Under the pieces are notes generated by a model. It worked only from the letters and a program-made list of their open reading frames with translations, made no database searches and was not told where the DNA came from. Of a stretch of 64,000 nucleotides of DNA, positions 11,031 to 19,134 are shown piece after piece. A program made the translations under genes and the position numbers. Positions within the stretch are counted from its first letter, which is position 1. Every line of letters begins with the position of its first letter. Source of the stretch: an uncultured Chloroflexia bacterium (GTDB taxonomy: Bacteria > Chloroflexota > Limnocylindria > Limnocylindrales > CSP1-4). Where the stretch lies: positions 288,001 to 352,000 of the forward strand of contig CAVVCZ010000004.1 in the NCBI GenBank assembly GCA_963746845.1, read 5' to 3'.

Positions 11031-11162
11031 GGAGGCAGCAACGGATTGCTTGCCTTCCTCGCGGTCGGGGCCGCGGTTCTGCTCTGGCCGAAGCTCCGAA
11101 CCGCAAGCCAGCAGCAGGGCCCACGACAGCCGTCCAGCTAGGCAAGCGACGCTTCGGTTCAG

Positions 11163-11363
11163 CTAGCGCCGCTGGGCAAGCATCCACGCCCACCCGGCCT
11201 CCCAGTACCGCCCGTCGCGCTCAAGGCCGTCCCGCGCCGCCTGGAGCTCCCACTGCTCGACCAGACGCTCGGCCTGCTCGGGTGACTCGCCCTCGCCCAT
11301 CAGCCGCTGCCGGGTCTCGCGGCGCGCTTCGTGGAGTCGTTCGGGATCCGGACGACGAGCCAT
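11163..11363 (-). CDS. Small 66-aa Trp-rich helical hypothetical protein (repeated family)
   Basis: GGAGG SD; paralogous fragments at 10428-10584 and 15334-15403, the latter with only synonymous differences. Confidence 0.8.
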   Translation of the reverse strand: MARRPDPERLHEARRETRQRLMGEGESPEQAERLVEQWELQAARDGLERDGRYWEAGWAWMLAQRR

Positions 11364-11407
11364 CGGGCGACCTCCAACGATGGGGTCGCGCCGGTACTCG
11401 GTGACCG
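11361..11407 (-). repeat. ~48-bp leader repeat, copy 2 (5' UTR of the 66-aa gene)
   Basis: CATCGGGCGACCTCCAACGATGGGGTCGCGCCGGTACTCGGTGACCG. Confidence 0.85.
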
Positions 11408-11502
11408 TTGGACGACCGACATCGTAGGACCAACGAGTCGTAGCAGCGGCCCGCGGACGCAGCCACCGTCGACTTGCCTACTTACGCACGGATGCAATCA
11501 CC

Positions 11503-12093
11503 GTGACGAACGTCCCGTACAACGTCCCGCCATCACGATCGCTCGCTGACGCGATCCGCGACCCCTCGCTGACAGGCCTCCTCATCGCGGTCCTGCTCTC
11601 GTTCATCCCGTTCATGTGGCCGCTCACGATCTACATCGTCCTGCGTTACGTCACCGGACATCGCGCGATCCGGGGACTGGATACCTCCGCGATGACCGGT
11701 GGCTCGCTGCCCCATCCCGCCGTTCCTGTTGCGAACCGTTCAGCAGCTAATGCAGCGCAACGTGGAGTCTCACGCTCGGGACCGACCACCACAACGAAAA
11801 CGTGCCCGGACTGCGCCGAGACAGTCCTCCGCGGAGCCAGGATCTGCCGGTTCTGTCGGTTTGAGTTTCCGATTGAGGCTGTGTCGGTCGCAGATGTCGA
11901 GCAGCCCGCTGCCGCGTCAACGGCAAGCACTCCGACAAGTGGGACAGATCGGCACGGACGTAGATTTGTTGTCTGTTCGCTTTGCGGAAGGGACACTCAT
12001 CCTGAGTGGGAGCGGGTGTGCCAGTCCTGCGGTTGGGAGATCCCCGAAGCCAACCGACGATGGGGGGTCGAGCCAGCTCGTCTCTCGAGCTAA
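11503..12093 (+). CDS. Membrane protein with two zinc ribbons (UPF0547-like)
   Basis: N-terminal TM; CPDCAE...CRFCRFEF and CSLC...CQSC; lower GC than flanks. Confidence 0.7.
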   Translation: MTNVPYNVPPSRSLADAIRDPSLTGLLIAVLLSFIPFMWPLTIYIVLRYVTGHRAIRGLDTSAMTGGSLPHPAVPVANRSAANAAQRGVSRSGPTTTTKTCPDCAETVLRGARICRFCRFEFPIEAVSVADVEQPAAASTASTPTSGTDRHGRRFVVCSLCGRDTHPEWERVCQSCGWEIPEANRRWGVEPARLSS

Positions 12094-12105
12094 GCCGCAG
12101 GTAAG

Positions 12106-12188
12106 CGCCGCCCGCTAGGCTCACCGGCGGCCCGCCGCTTCGCGCGCCTGCTGCGTCCTCGAGGCCGGACCGACGGCGACGGCGGGCC
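12106..12188. repeat. Intergenic repeat family B, copy A (internally shortened)
   Basis: Shares CGCTAGGCT and an exact 21-mer GACCGACGGCGACGGCGGGCC with 14787-14950. Confidence 0.7.
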
Positions 12189-12298
12189 GGTCTCGTACCC
12201 CGATCCGTACCCCTTACAGGGTCCGTTCCCGTGCGATAGGACGGACGTATCGGGACGCAATCCACGCACGAAACGGCCTTCGGTGCGTCCCTGGATCA

Positions 12299-12353
12299 GA
12301 CTCTTGATCAGTTGGTTGGCAGTTCGAGTCTCCCCGGCTCACCAGCACCCTGA
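12299..12353 (+). repeat. attR-like duplicate of tRNA-Lys 3' half
   Basis: GACTCTTGATCAGTTGGTTGGCAGTTCGAGTCTCCCCGGCTCACCAGCACCCTGA versus 7436-7489. Confidence 0.9.
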
Positions 12354-12362
12354 ACGTGAAAC

Positions 12363-12410
12363 GATCGGGCGACCTCCTGCGATGGGTCGCGCGCCGGTAC
12401 TCGGCGACCG
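12363..12410 (-). repeat. ~48-bp leader repeat, copy 3 (orphan, ATG changed to ATC)
   Basis: GATCGGGCGACCTCCTGCGATGGGTCGCGCGCCGGTACTCGGCGACCG just after attR. Confidence 0.8.
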
Positions 12411-12440
12411 ATGCGGTTTTCGCCATCTTGCGCGGGCCGA

Positions 12441-12466
12441 GAACTGTTTGAACGCCTAGCCTCGTC
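12441..12466 (+). promoter_or_regulatory. Putative ECF-sigma autoregulatory promoter
   Basis: GAACT-17 nt-CGTC directly upstream of the ECF gene, suggesting a leaderless transcript. Confidence 0.45.
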
Positions 12467-12469
12467 TGT

Positions 12470-13051
12470 GTGGATGTGATCGGGACAGCAGACGACCGTT
12501 CGGCATCCAGCGTCGATGCGACACGACCGGAACAGGCCGGAGACATCGCAACGAGGCGCGTGCTCGAGCTCGCCGACCGCGGTCTGGACCGGGCGTTTCG
12601 GCTCGCCGGCCTGATCCTGGGCGATCAGTCCGAGGCGGAGGACGCGACGCAGGATGCTCTGGTCCGAGCATGGCGGGCGGCGGCGACGCTGCGGGATCCC
12701 TCGGGCTTCGATGCCTGGTTCGACCGGATCCTGGTCAACGTCTGCCGAGATCGGCTCCGCCGCCGCGGCACGGTCCGTCTCGTGACTCTTGATGGCGTCG
12801 CCGGGACCGTCGTCGTCGATGACCCGTTCCGCCGGGTCTACGATGACGATGAGCTGCTTGGCGCGATCAGGGCGCTCGGCGACGACGAGCGCGTCGTGCT
12901 GATCCTGCATTTCTGGGCCGACCTGACCCTCGAGGCGGTCGGCGCTCGTCTCGACTGTCCGGTCGGCACCGTCAAGTCGCGCCTCCATCGAGGGCTGAAG
13001 GCGATGCGTGGGCAGCTCGGGGCATCCGAGCGGGACGGGAGGCCCCGATGA
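12470..13051 (+). CDS. ECF RNA polymerase sigma-70 factor
   Basis: AEDATQDALVRAW, FDAWFDRILVN, region 4 PVGTVKSRLHRG. Confidence 0.9.
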   Translation: MDVIGTADDRSASSVDATRPEQAGDIATRRVLELADRGLDRAFRLAGLILGDQSEAEDATQDALVRAWRAAATLRDPSGFDAWFDRILVNVCRDRLRRRGTVRLVTLDGVAGTVVVDDPFRRVYDDDELLGAIRALGDDERVVLILHFWADLTLEAVGARLDCPVGTVKSRLHRGLKAMRGQLGASERDGRPR

Positions 13052-14082
13052 CTGACGACCTGAGCCGGGAGCTGCGGGAACGGCTCGGCCGAGTGAGCCT
13101 GCCGGCAGCACCCTCAAGCCTCCGGGACGAGATCGAGAACCTCCGAGCGATCCCTGCCGCCAGCCCCGTCCGGCGACGATCGGCGCGACCGCCGATGATG
13201 CTATTGGCCGCCGCGCTCGTGACCGTGGCACTCGTCGCTGCCGGAATCGGCGGCGCACTCCTCCGGGAACAAAACGAACCGCGTGAGAACCTGTCGCTGA
13301 TTGCCAGCCCGAGCCCGTCAACCGCCGTGTCGAGGTCGAGCTCCCCGAGCCCGAGCAAGATGGCATCGACCCCGAGCCCGACCGCCGTGCCGATCACCTG
13401 GACGCCGGCGAGTCTGAACGAGGACTGGCCGGGGCTGGTCCGCTCCGAGCCCGCCGGACCGCCGATCGTCGTGCCGATCCTGCTGAAGGTCGTGGTCATC
13501 CCGAAGGGTTGTCGGGTTGCGTGCACGTACCCCGGGAGTCCGTCGGGCCACCTGGCCGATCCAACGGGCGACACCGGGTCAGATGCTCTTCCCTGGGCCG
13601 ATATCAAGGACGTCTCCTTCTGCGGGGACACGGGCACCTGCCTGGCGATCGGGTTCGCCTCGGAGTCCCCAGTCGGGGTCGATCCCAGAGAGCGGTGGTT
13701 CGCCTACGGCGTCGTCGTGGACACCGATGGCGACGGCGTTGCGGACTGGCGATACGGGATTGACAACGACCCCGTCGGCACACCGGGTGCTCATGGGTCG
13801 TCGCCCCGCCGATGGTGGCGGACCGACCTTCACACCGGTCGGACTGAATCCACGGTCAACGTCGCAATGTGGGAAGGCGGCGGACCCTTCTGGGGGAACC
13901 ACGGAGACCAGACTGCTGGCAGCGGGCTCTCGTTTGGTGGCGACACGACCGCCGGCGTGCGCGGAGGCGTACCCAAGCGCTTCTACGCGTGGGCATCGGT
14001 GATCCAGGATGGCCGGGTCGTTTCCACCGACTACGCTCCCGATGCTGGGTGGCTCGTTCCGTCGGCCGACGCGAAGAAGTGA
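13048..14082 (+). CDS. Putative anti-sigma factor (single TM, extracytoplasmic domain)
   Basis: ATGA overlap with sigma; short cytoplasmic N-terminus, TM, S/P linker, DTDGDGVAD Ca-binding-like motif. Confidence 0.7.
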   Translation: MTDDLSRELRERLGRVSLPAAPSSLRDEIENLRAIPAASPVRRRSARPPMMLLAAALVTVALVAAGIGGALLREQNEPRENLSLIASPSPSTAVSRSSSPSPSKMASTPSPTAVPITWTPASLNEDWPGLVRSEPAGPPIVVPILLKVVVIPKGCRVACTYPGSPSGHLADPTGDTGSDALPWADIKDVSFCGDTGTCLAIGFASESPVGVDPRERWFAYGVVVDTDGDGVADWRYGIDNDPVGTPGAHGSSPRRWWRTDLHTGRTESTVNVAMWEGGGPFWGNHGDQTAGSGLSFGGDTTAGVRGGVPKRFYAWASVIQDGRVVSTDYAPDAGWLVPSADAKK

Positions 14083-14189
14083 TGGAGCCTCGCCGCCACG
14101 GAGCCAGAGCGCAACACGAGGCCCGGCGTCCACGGCAGAGCAGAGTCACAAAGATCAGATGAACGGCGCATAAGCGAGACGCCCTAGCG

Positions 14190-14255
14190 TTCGCGACGCC
14201 GTCGCTCCGCGCGTCGGCTACGCCCTCAAGGCTAGACCGGCGGTGACGCCGGGCC
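14190..14255. repeat. Intergenic repeat family B, copy B
   Basis: CCGTCGCTCCGCGCGTCGGCTACGCCCTCAAGGCTAGACCGGCGGTGACGCCGGGCC aligns to copies A and C. Confidence 0.65.
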
Positions 14256-14345
14256 GTACTGTCTGCGCAATGTACAAACCCACCGCCCATCGGGTCGCGA
14301 GGCGACGAGGACCCGGTTTGCCTGACGACCGGTCAGCGGTTCCTC

Positions 14346-14774
14346 GTGAGTGAGACGGACGGACTACGCGCGCTGCCCGACGACGTATTCGAGCTCATGT
14401 GGTCGGAGCTATCCAGTGATGAGGGTGCTCTGCCCTACGAGTCGAAGTACGGGACCCTCCACATAGGAGCGATCTCGGCCGAGCTCGAGCGGATCCTTGA
14501 CGTCTGGCTCCTCTCTCCGCGGGGACGGACGATCCGGATCCACTTCCGACCGGCTGCGACGGTCGAGGTCGACGACCTCGAGGTCCCGGTCGAGGATCTG
14601 CGTATCAGCCCGTACGTCATCACCACGATCGACGTTCTCGAGGATCTCGCCGGGGCGCTCCGGGCGGGGTCGACCGCCGAGCGCGCCAAACACATCAAGA
14701 ACATGGCGGACGCCGAACGGCGAGCCGAGGAGTTCCGCCGCCGCCAGATCGAGGAGCGGCTCAACTCGTTGTGA
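14346..14774 (+). CDS. Hypothetical protein
   Basis: Protein-like composition with helical C-terminus. Confidence 0.6.
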   Translation: MSETDGLRALPDDVFELMWSELSSDEGALPYESKYGTLHIGAISAELERILDVWLLSPRGRTIRIHFRPAATVEVDDLEVPVEDLRISPYVITTIDVLEDLAGALRAGSTAERAKHIKNMADAERRAEEFRRRQIEERLNSL

Positions 14775-14786
14775 GCGCCGCGCCAA

Positions 14787-14950
14787 CGCCGCCGCTAGGC
14801 TGGCGGGCCGGTTGCTTGCGACGATCGGAAGATGCTGCGGCGGGCAGCCTGTGCCGAGATGGCGAAGCAACGTGCATGACAGCTTCGCGACCGGCCGCCG
14901 CTCCGCGCGCCGGCTGCGTGTGACAGCTAGACCGACGGCGACGGCGGGCC
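14787..14950. repeat. Intergenic repeat family B, copy C (longest, ~165 bp)
   Basis: Both ends match copy A. Confidence 0.7.
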
Positions 14951-14990
14951 AAGCTCGCGAACCTTCGGGGAGTCCGCGCCCCATGACCAG

Positions 14991-15212
14991 CTACGCGATC
15001 GTCTCGCCGATCGTCGTCAGCTGTTCGATGACCGAAGCCGCCGCTTCATCGATGTCACGATTTCGAGCGACAGCGCGTATCTTCACCGGGTCTTCCAACT
15101 CGACGGCGACCGTCCAGACACCGTCGCTGCTTGATGCCGGCGGCGTGGCGTCAATCTCGTACCCTTCGTCCCCCGCCCATTGACGAAGCCGAGCGAAGTC
15201 TCCTTTGGCCAT
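14991..15212 (-). CDS. Small hypothetical protein (73 aa)
   Basis: ATG with purine-rich upstream; globular alpha/beta-like composition. Confidence 0.55.
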   Translation of the reverse strand: MAKGDFARLRQWAGDEGYEIDATPPASSSDGVWTVAVELEDPVKIRAVARNRDIDEAAASVIEQLTTIGETIA

Positions 15213-15333
15213 GACCCACCTGCCTCACTTGGCCGCGAGAGCCGATAACTGGACGGCATACCGGAGGCTCGCACTATGGAGCCTACAACCGTGGGGCGAC
15301 GGGGTTAGCCTGGGCCGCAGCGGCCGCCCGTCG

Positions 15334-15403
15334 CTATCGCCGCTGGGCGAGCATCCACGCCCAGCCAGCCTCCCAGTACCGCCCGTCGCGCTCGAGCCCG
15401 TCC
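15334..15403 (-). pseudogene. 3' fragment of the 66-aa gene family
   Basis: Encodes DGLERDGRYWEAGWAWMLAQRR*, identical to 11163-11231, with six third-position differences. Confidence 0.85.
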
Positions 15404-15458
15404 GGATGACCAGATTCAGGGAGATCGGCTCGCATCGTCATTGTGGAGGTGGCCTTAC

Positions 15459-16028
15459 ATGCGTCGCATTCGGACCCTTGTCGCAGCGACAACCCTTGTC
15501 GTCCTCGTCGCTGCGTGCAGCTCCTCCGGCACCCCCGCACCGAGTCCGAATGTCGCTGGCGGTGGTGGGAGCCAGGCTCCGATCGCCCAGCCGACGGGCG
15601 GCGGAGCGACTGGCGCGAAGGTAGCCGACCCCTGCTCGCTGCTCACCTCGGCTCAGGTCAGCGCGGTGATCGGCCTGACCGTCGGCGCAGGGGATTCCGG
15701 GGGCGACACGCACTCCTGCGATTGGAGCCACCCCGACTCGAACGGGGTTCCGGACGAACAGGTCCTCCTCAACACGAACGAGGATCCCGGGCTCTGTGAT
15801 GAGGGTCCGTCAGCCTCGTTGGGGATCACGGTGACCCCGGTCAGCGGTGTCGGCGATCAGGCGTGCATGGAACAGGCATCGGGGTTGCAGGCCGGAGACA
15901 ACCTGACCTTCTACAAGAACGGCCTTGGCTTCTCGATCGGCGTGAGCGGGAAAACCGCCACGGTGGCCAACGAGACGGCGATGGACAAGGCGCTCGCCCT
16001 CGACGTGCTCGCGAACCTCGGCCTGTGA
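15459..16028 (+). CDS. Lipoprotein (DUF3558-like)
   Basis: GGAGG SD, lipobox VAAC, DPCSLLT...C.W and VSGVGDQA motifs. Confidence 0.75.
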   Translation: MRRIRTLVAATTLVVLVAACSSSGTPAPSPNVAGGGGSQAPIAQPTGGGATGAKVADPCSLLTSAQVSAVIGLTVGAGDSGGDTHSCDWSHPDSNGVPDEQVLLNTNEDPGLCDEGPSASLGITVTPVSGVGDQACMEQASGLQAGDNLTFYKNGLGFSIGVSGKTATVANETAMDKALALDVLANLGL

Positions 16029-16340
16029 CGCCCGGCGACGTGGTCGGCTAAGCGCGGATCGCAGGGCACCGGCGCGGAGGCGATCAGAGCTCGAGGGTCG
16101 AGACCCCGTCGCACGTCAAATGGGACGACGGCGAATCAGGGCAGGCGCCTCCGGACTTCGACACCCTTCGGGTACGTCTCTCCCTGGGCACTAGAACGGC
16201 TCGCCCGCGCGACCAGCGTTGCTACCAGTGCCGGGTGCGCAGATCGCGCGATCGTGGCCCGCCAAAGTCGCCGTCGCGCAGCCGGCGCGCGGCGTCGGCG
16301 CCAGCGGCCCGGTACTGTGTCTCCAGCACAAGGGGACAGC

Positions 16341-16751
16341 TTGAAGCTCGACGCCTCCGAATTCACCTTCGACGCCGACCGTACGCCGTCCATCCTGGGC
16401 GCCGTCGCGGCCGCACTGGCTCGTTATGCAACCGCGGAAGAGGCCACGTACGCGTTCGTGGGCTCGGACGGCAACCCGGTGAAGCTGCTCGTCGCCACGG
16501 GGGTCGGCGTGCTGGACCTCTCGGTGAGCCATCCGACGATGGGCGAGACCGAGGTGTCCGGCCCCCTGACGCGCTGGCAGGACGTTCCGAAGGTGGACAG
16601 CGTCGTCCGGGCCAAGTCGGACAGCGCCGGCAATGCCGACTCGCACGTGTCGGCGAAGGTCTGCGGCGTCGAGCTCGATTCGCGGGGCCGGAACCGGCCG
16701 ATGTTCGACGACTTCCTGACCGCCGTGCTCCAGCACACCCGCGGAGCCTGA
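16341..16751 (+). CDS. Hypothetical protein
   Basis: AAGGGGA SD before TTG; GC3-biased codons. Confidence 0.6.
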   Translation: MKLDASEFTFDADRTPSILGAVAAALARYATAEEATYAFVGSDGNPVKLLVATGVGVLDLSVSHPTMGETEVSGPLTRWQDVPKVDSVVRAKSDSAGNADSHVSAKVCGVELDSRGRNRPMFDDFLTAVLQHTRGA

Positions 16752-16796
16752 CGGCGCGGGCGTCGACGGCGAGCGTCGCGAACCGCGGTGCCTCCA

Positions 16797-16821
16797 GGCA
16801 CCAGAACGGCACCAGAACGGC
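16797..16821. repeat. 11-bp tandem repeat GGCACCAGAAC x2
   Basis: Seen directly in sequence; resembles integrase arm-type sites. Confidence 0.55.
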
Positions 16822-17055
16822 GCTGGGCCTCCCCACGATCCCGCTCAGACACCTAGGATCGGGGTGGCGGGCCGGACACATCGTTCCCCGAGCGTTGTGA
16901 CAGGGCCGGCCCGCCCATTTGACCCGTCCGGAGGCGGCCGAGCCCTCCCGACCCCTCCCGAACGAGACGTCCCCGAGACACGCGCGCCGTAACGTCGTTC
17001 CCACGGTGGCGGCTGCGCACTGACGTCGCAGGCCGGCCGGCCGAAGGGGGACACC

Positions 17056-18180
17056 ATGCCAGGCAGAACAGACCCACCTGATTCGGCGCGCCTCGATTCC
17101 GGCTGCTCCGACGACGCATGCTGCGTGAGCCCATGCGATCCGCCGTGGCTGACCGATGAGCAGTGCCTGATCTCGTACGACAGCCGCGTGTTCCGCCGTC
17201 CGTTGGGCGGCGACCAGGCGGCGCCGGCGCTCTTCGAGGCCAGCCGGCCCTTCCTCGAGTTCCGGATCACTTACGAGCACCGGATCTGCCGGAAGGGCAA
17301 GCAGCACGGCCCGCTCGTCTATACCGTCACGCTCCTCCCGGGCGAGAAGGTGAACCTGTACCACTCCGACCGATTCCGTCGGATCACGAGCGAGCAGGAC
17401 CGCTTCTCGGTCGCCACGACGTTCATGCAGTACACGTCGGTCATCCATCAGGCCCGGGTGACGAACACGCTCGACTCACTGACCGATCACCTGGCCAGCG
17501 TCAAGGCCGGCACATCCGTGTCCGTCGGGGGCGGGCTGGCCGGGCTCCTCGGCGCGCCGAGCGGCAGCGGCTCGACCTCGGTCAGCGTCACCGACCACAA
17601 CCAGCTGAGCATCGGGTTCGTGTCGGACCAGTTCAATCAGTCGGTCTCGCAGGCCTCGGTCATGACCCACGCCGAGCGGTCGGTCGTCGTGAGCACGTTC
17701 GAGGACAAGGAGACGGCCGACATCACCGTTCGAACGATCCAGAACGACAACGAGTGCCGGGCCGTGACCTACTTCGTCCGCCAGGTCGTCGAGCTGTACA
17801 CGGTCACGAGCGGCGTCTACGAGATCCTGTTCCGGGTCGTCTCGCCGGGTCTCCCGGCCGACTGGCACGCGATCGACGACGTCGGCTCGATGCCGGCCGC
17901 CGTGCAGAAGGCGGTGAAGGAGGCCCTCGAGGTCCTGCCCCGCCTCGGCGATTCGGCCGAACGGCCGCGCGCCGTGTCGATCCCGACCGACGGCACGGTC
18001 TACGACCCGGAGCTCGCGAACTGCTGCTCGTGCGAGCCGGAGCGGGCCCACCGGGGCGCATTGCAGGACCAGCTCGTCGAGCTGGAGATCGAGCGCCGGA
18101 AGGCGCTCCTGGCGAAGGGCGAGCTGTCGCCGTTCGATCCTGCCCCGGCGGCGGCCGCGACGCCGGCGCCGACGCCGTAG
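17056..18180 (+). CDS. Hypothetical Cys-rich protein with Ser/Thr-rich beta region (possibly pore-forming-like)
   Basis: AAGGGGGA SD, strong codon bias; GPLVYTVTLLPGE, RTIQNDNECRAVTY and SIPTDG...NCCSCE motifs. Confidence 0.75.
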   Translation: MPGRTDPPDSARLDSGCSDDACCVSPCDPPWLTDEQCLISYDSRVFRRPLGGDQAAPALFEASRPFLEFRITYEHRICRKGKQHGPLVYTVTLLPGEKVNLYHSDRFRRITSEQDRFSVATTFMQYTSVIHQARVTNTLDSLTDHLASVKAGTSVSVGGGLAGLLGAPSGSGSTSVSVTDHNQLSIGFVSDQFNQSVSQASVMTHAERSVVVSTFEDKETADITVRTIQNDNECRAVTYFVRQVVELYTVTSGVYEILFRVVSPGLPADWHAIDDVGSMPAAVQKAVKEALEVLPRLGDSAERPRAVSIPTDGTVYDPELANCCSCEPERAHRGALQDQLVELEIERRKALLAKGELSPFDPAPAAAATPAPTP

Positions 18181-18223
18181 CTCGAGCCATCCTGGGCGCC
18201 CGGCGCCCATGTCCTTCCTCGAA

Positions 18224-18284
18224 AAGTGCGCTTGTCGACAGCCGACAAGCGCACTTGACGTTCCGGGGCAGGGCACCGTACGCT
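18224..18284 (+). promoter_or_regulatory. 14-bp perfect inverted repeat overlapping a putative promoter of the ZIP gene
   Basis: AAGTGCGCTTGTCG-acagc-CGACAAGCGCACTT; TTGACG-18 nt-TACGCT. Confidence 0.5.
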
Positions 18285-18348
18285 CCGCCCGCTCCCGCCC
18301 GGATCCCGAGCCGCGGCGAGCCCCTGTCGCGACGTCCGAGGACCACCG

Positions 18349-19131
18349 GTGACCTTCGAACAGGCCGTCATCCTCTCCGCCATCGCCGGCCTGACGATCT
18401 TCCTCGGTCTGCCCGTCGGCCGTCTCCGCGGCCTGTCCACCCGCACGCAGGCGCTCCTGACAGCCGGGGCCGGCGGGGTGATCCTCTTCCTCCTGTGGGA
18501 CATCCTGTCCCAGGCGGTCGAGCCGGTCGAGGCGGCGCTCGACGCCGCGCGTGCGGGCGACGGTCCGGTCGGCGACTTCGCCGTGGATGCGGTGGCGCTG
18601 GCCGCGAGCATCGCGGTCGGCCTGCTGTCGATCGTCTGGCTGACTCAGCGGATCAAGCGATCGAACGCCGGGATGGCGACGCCGAGCCAGATCGCCGTCG
18701 GGACGGCGATCGGGCTCGGGCTCCACAACTTCTCCGAGGGTCTTGCGGTCGGACAGTCGGCGGCGACCGGCGAGACGGCGTTCGCGCTGGTGCTCGTGAT
18801 CGGGTTCGCCCTCCACAACGCGACCGAAGGCTTCGGGATCGCCGCGCCACTGACAACGGGCGAGCTGCCGACCTGGGGGTTCCTCGCGATCCTCGGGATC
18901 ATCGGCGGCGGCCCGACGTTCGTCGGCGGCGTGATCGGGTACTCGTTCACGTCCGACCTGCTCTCGATCGTGTTCCTCGGACTCGCCGCGGGCGCCTTGA
19001 TCTTCGTCTTCAACGAGATGATGGCGGTCTGCCGGAAGTTCGCCCAGCCGATGGCCGCGAGCGTCGCCCTGCTCATCGGACTGTTCGTCGCCTTCGCCAC
19101 GGACTTCATCCTGGTCGCCGTCGGCGCCTGA
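18349..19131 (+). CDS. ZIP family metal (zinc) transporter
   Basis: About 8 TM helices; LHNFSEG and LHNATEG signatures. Confidence 0.9.
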   Translation: MTFEQAVILSAIAGLTIFLGLPVGRLRGLSTRTQALLTAGAGGVILFLLWDILSQAVEPVEAALDAARAGDGPVGDFAVDAVALAASIAVGLLSIVWLTQRIKRSNAGMATPSQIAVGTAIGLGLHNFSEGLAVGQSAATGETAFALVLVIGFALHNATEGFGIAAPLTTGELPTWGFLAILGIIGGGPTFVGGVIGYSFTSDLLSIVFLGLAAGALIFVFNEMMAVCRKFAQPMAASVALLIGLFVAFATDFILVAVGA

Positions 19132-19134
19132 CGC

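Larger units (their letters stand above)
7436..12353. mobile_element. Decayed integrative element at tRNA-Lys (attL 7436-7489, attR 12299-12353)
   Basis: ~55-bp direct repeat of the tRNA 3' half plus GCACCCTGA; integrase remnant adjacent to the tRNA. Confidence 0.85.

Noticed and set aside
8281-11166. 961-aa ORF as one protein
   Set aside because: Sequence after ~9820 is out-of-frame read-through; the real C-terminus ends at 10261
12299-12344. Second tRNA gene
   Set aside because: Only the 3' half is present; it is an att duplicate
10582-14950. Repeats as a CRISPR array or integron attC sites
   Set aside because: Spacing is irregular (0.7-2 kb), no cas or intI gene, and no RYYYAAC/GTTRRRY ends
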